A program made the position numbers and the translations under genes. The notes beneath the pieces are model-generated. The model did no database searches, had not been told where the DNA came from, and was given only the letters and a program-made list of their open reading frames with translations. From Candidatus Saccharimonadota bacterium (GTDB lineage: Archaea; Micrarchaeota; Micrarchaeia; Micrarchaeales; Micrarchaeaceae), in NCBI RefSeq assembly GCF_002214165.1, contig NZ_CP019964.1, positions 750,001 through 782,000 of the forward strand: a DNA stretch of 32,000 nt, written 5' to 3'. Below, in pieces: positions 31,727 to 32,000 of this stretch; the stretch's first letter is position 1, and each line of letters opens with the position of its first letter.

Positions 31727-32000
31727 ATGTTTAAAATGGCTGAGGATTATTCAAACAGAGATGAAAAAAAGGAGGAGATTAGAAAAAATGAAAAAGGCAT
31801 TAAGAAGCAAAAGTTTGAACTTAATAAATACCTCCCTTACATATTGATATTATTGGTGCTTGTAGTGGTAATCGTATTATTCGCAAGCTTATCCGCACAG
31901 CTAAATTCCATTTCAAGCAAGTTGGAGAATATTTCATCTTCTAAACCGACCACTGCAACGAACAACACTGCAGGAAATGTTACTTTATCCGATCCGTCCT
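31727..32000 (+). CDS. Hypothetical membrane-anchored protein, N-terminal 91 codons (runs off the window)
   Basis: The frame is open from ATG 31727 to the window end: MFKMAEDYSNRDEKKEEIRKNEKGIKKQKFELNKYLPYILILLVLVVVIVLFASLSAQLNS...TTATNNTAGNVTLSDPS. It has a charged N-terminus, one TM helix and a Ser/Thr/Asn-rich exterior. It is missing from the ORF track because no stop is reached. Confidence 0.45.
   Translation, partial: MFKMAEDYSNRDEKKEEIRKNEKGIKKQKFELNKYLPYILILLVLVVVIVLFASLSAQLNSISSKLENISSSKPTTATNNTAGNVTLSDPS

Noticed and set aside
1-32000. CRISPR arrays, cas genes, restriction-modification or other classical defence cassettes
   Set aside because: No run of regularly spaced direct repeats was seen in any intergenic region. 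No ORF shows Cas, methyltransferase or restriction-enzyme motifs by eye. The only defence-like hints are TnpB and the HEPN-motif ORF, both reported above.

Overview
AT-rich archaeal chromosomal window, identified as archaeal by an archaeal-type 16S, type-2 IPP isomerase, Dph2/Dph6, a PAC2 chaperone and splicing-endonuclease-type introns. It holds about 30 protein genes, mostly housekeeping. These are dph2 (partial), inorganic pyrophosphatase, an M20 peptidase, a HAD phosphatase, a large sequon-rich surface protein, a peroxiredoxin and an Lrp/AsnC regulator. Also present are two endonuclease III paralogs flanking type-2 IDI, a Dph6-like PP-loop ATPase, an aminotransferase, an APC permease, exonuclease III, a sufB-sufD-(small HTH)-sufC cluster, DUF192, PAC2 and TatD. 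RNA genes: one solitary 16S rRNA gene (minus strand, no 23S or tRNA-Ala next to it), interrupted by a ~0.52 kb intron carrying a LAGLIDADG-like ORF. Its decoding-centre helix carries compensated substitutions. There are four tRNAs. Two have introns at non-canonical positions (D-loop, T-loop) and two have an unusual C55 T-loop. Mobile DNA: a ~1.4 kb TnpB-only IS200/IS605-type element with matching LE/RE hairpins and an intact RuvC/Zn-finger TnpB. It has split a ubiX gene that also carries a nonsense codon and has no start codon. The least explainable proteins are three. One is a 929-aa protein with an intact C-terminal metallophosphoesterase domain, a degenerate N-terminal copy and a coiled-coil insert, bracketed by the two intron-containing tRNAs. 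Another is a HEPN-motif (RNLLAH) protein overlapping by 14 nt a maleate-isomerase-like protein that lacks both catalytic cysteines. The third is a small Cys-tailed HTH protein embedded in the suf cluster. No CRISPR array was seen. The unlinked divergent 16S, non-canonical tRNA introns and compact AT-rich gene arrangement suggest a small-genome acidophile-type archaeon (ARMAN/DPANN-like or Thermoplasmatales-related). That lineage call is inference only. All protein calls rest on motif recognition by eye; no database search was possible.
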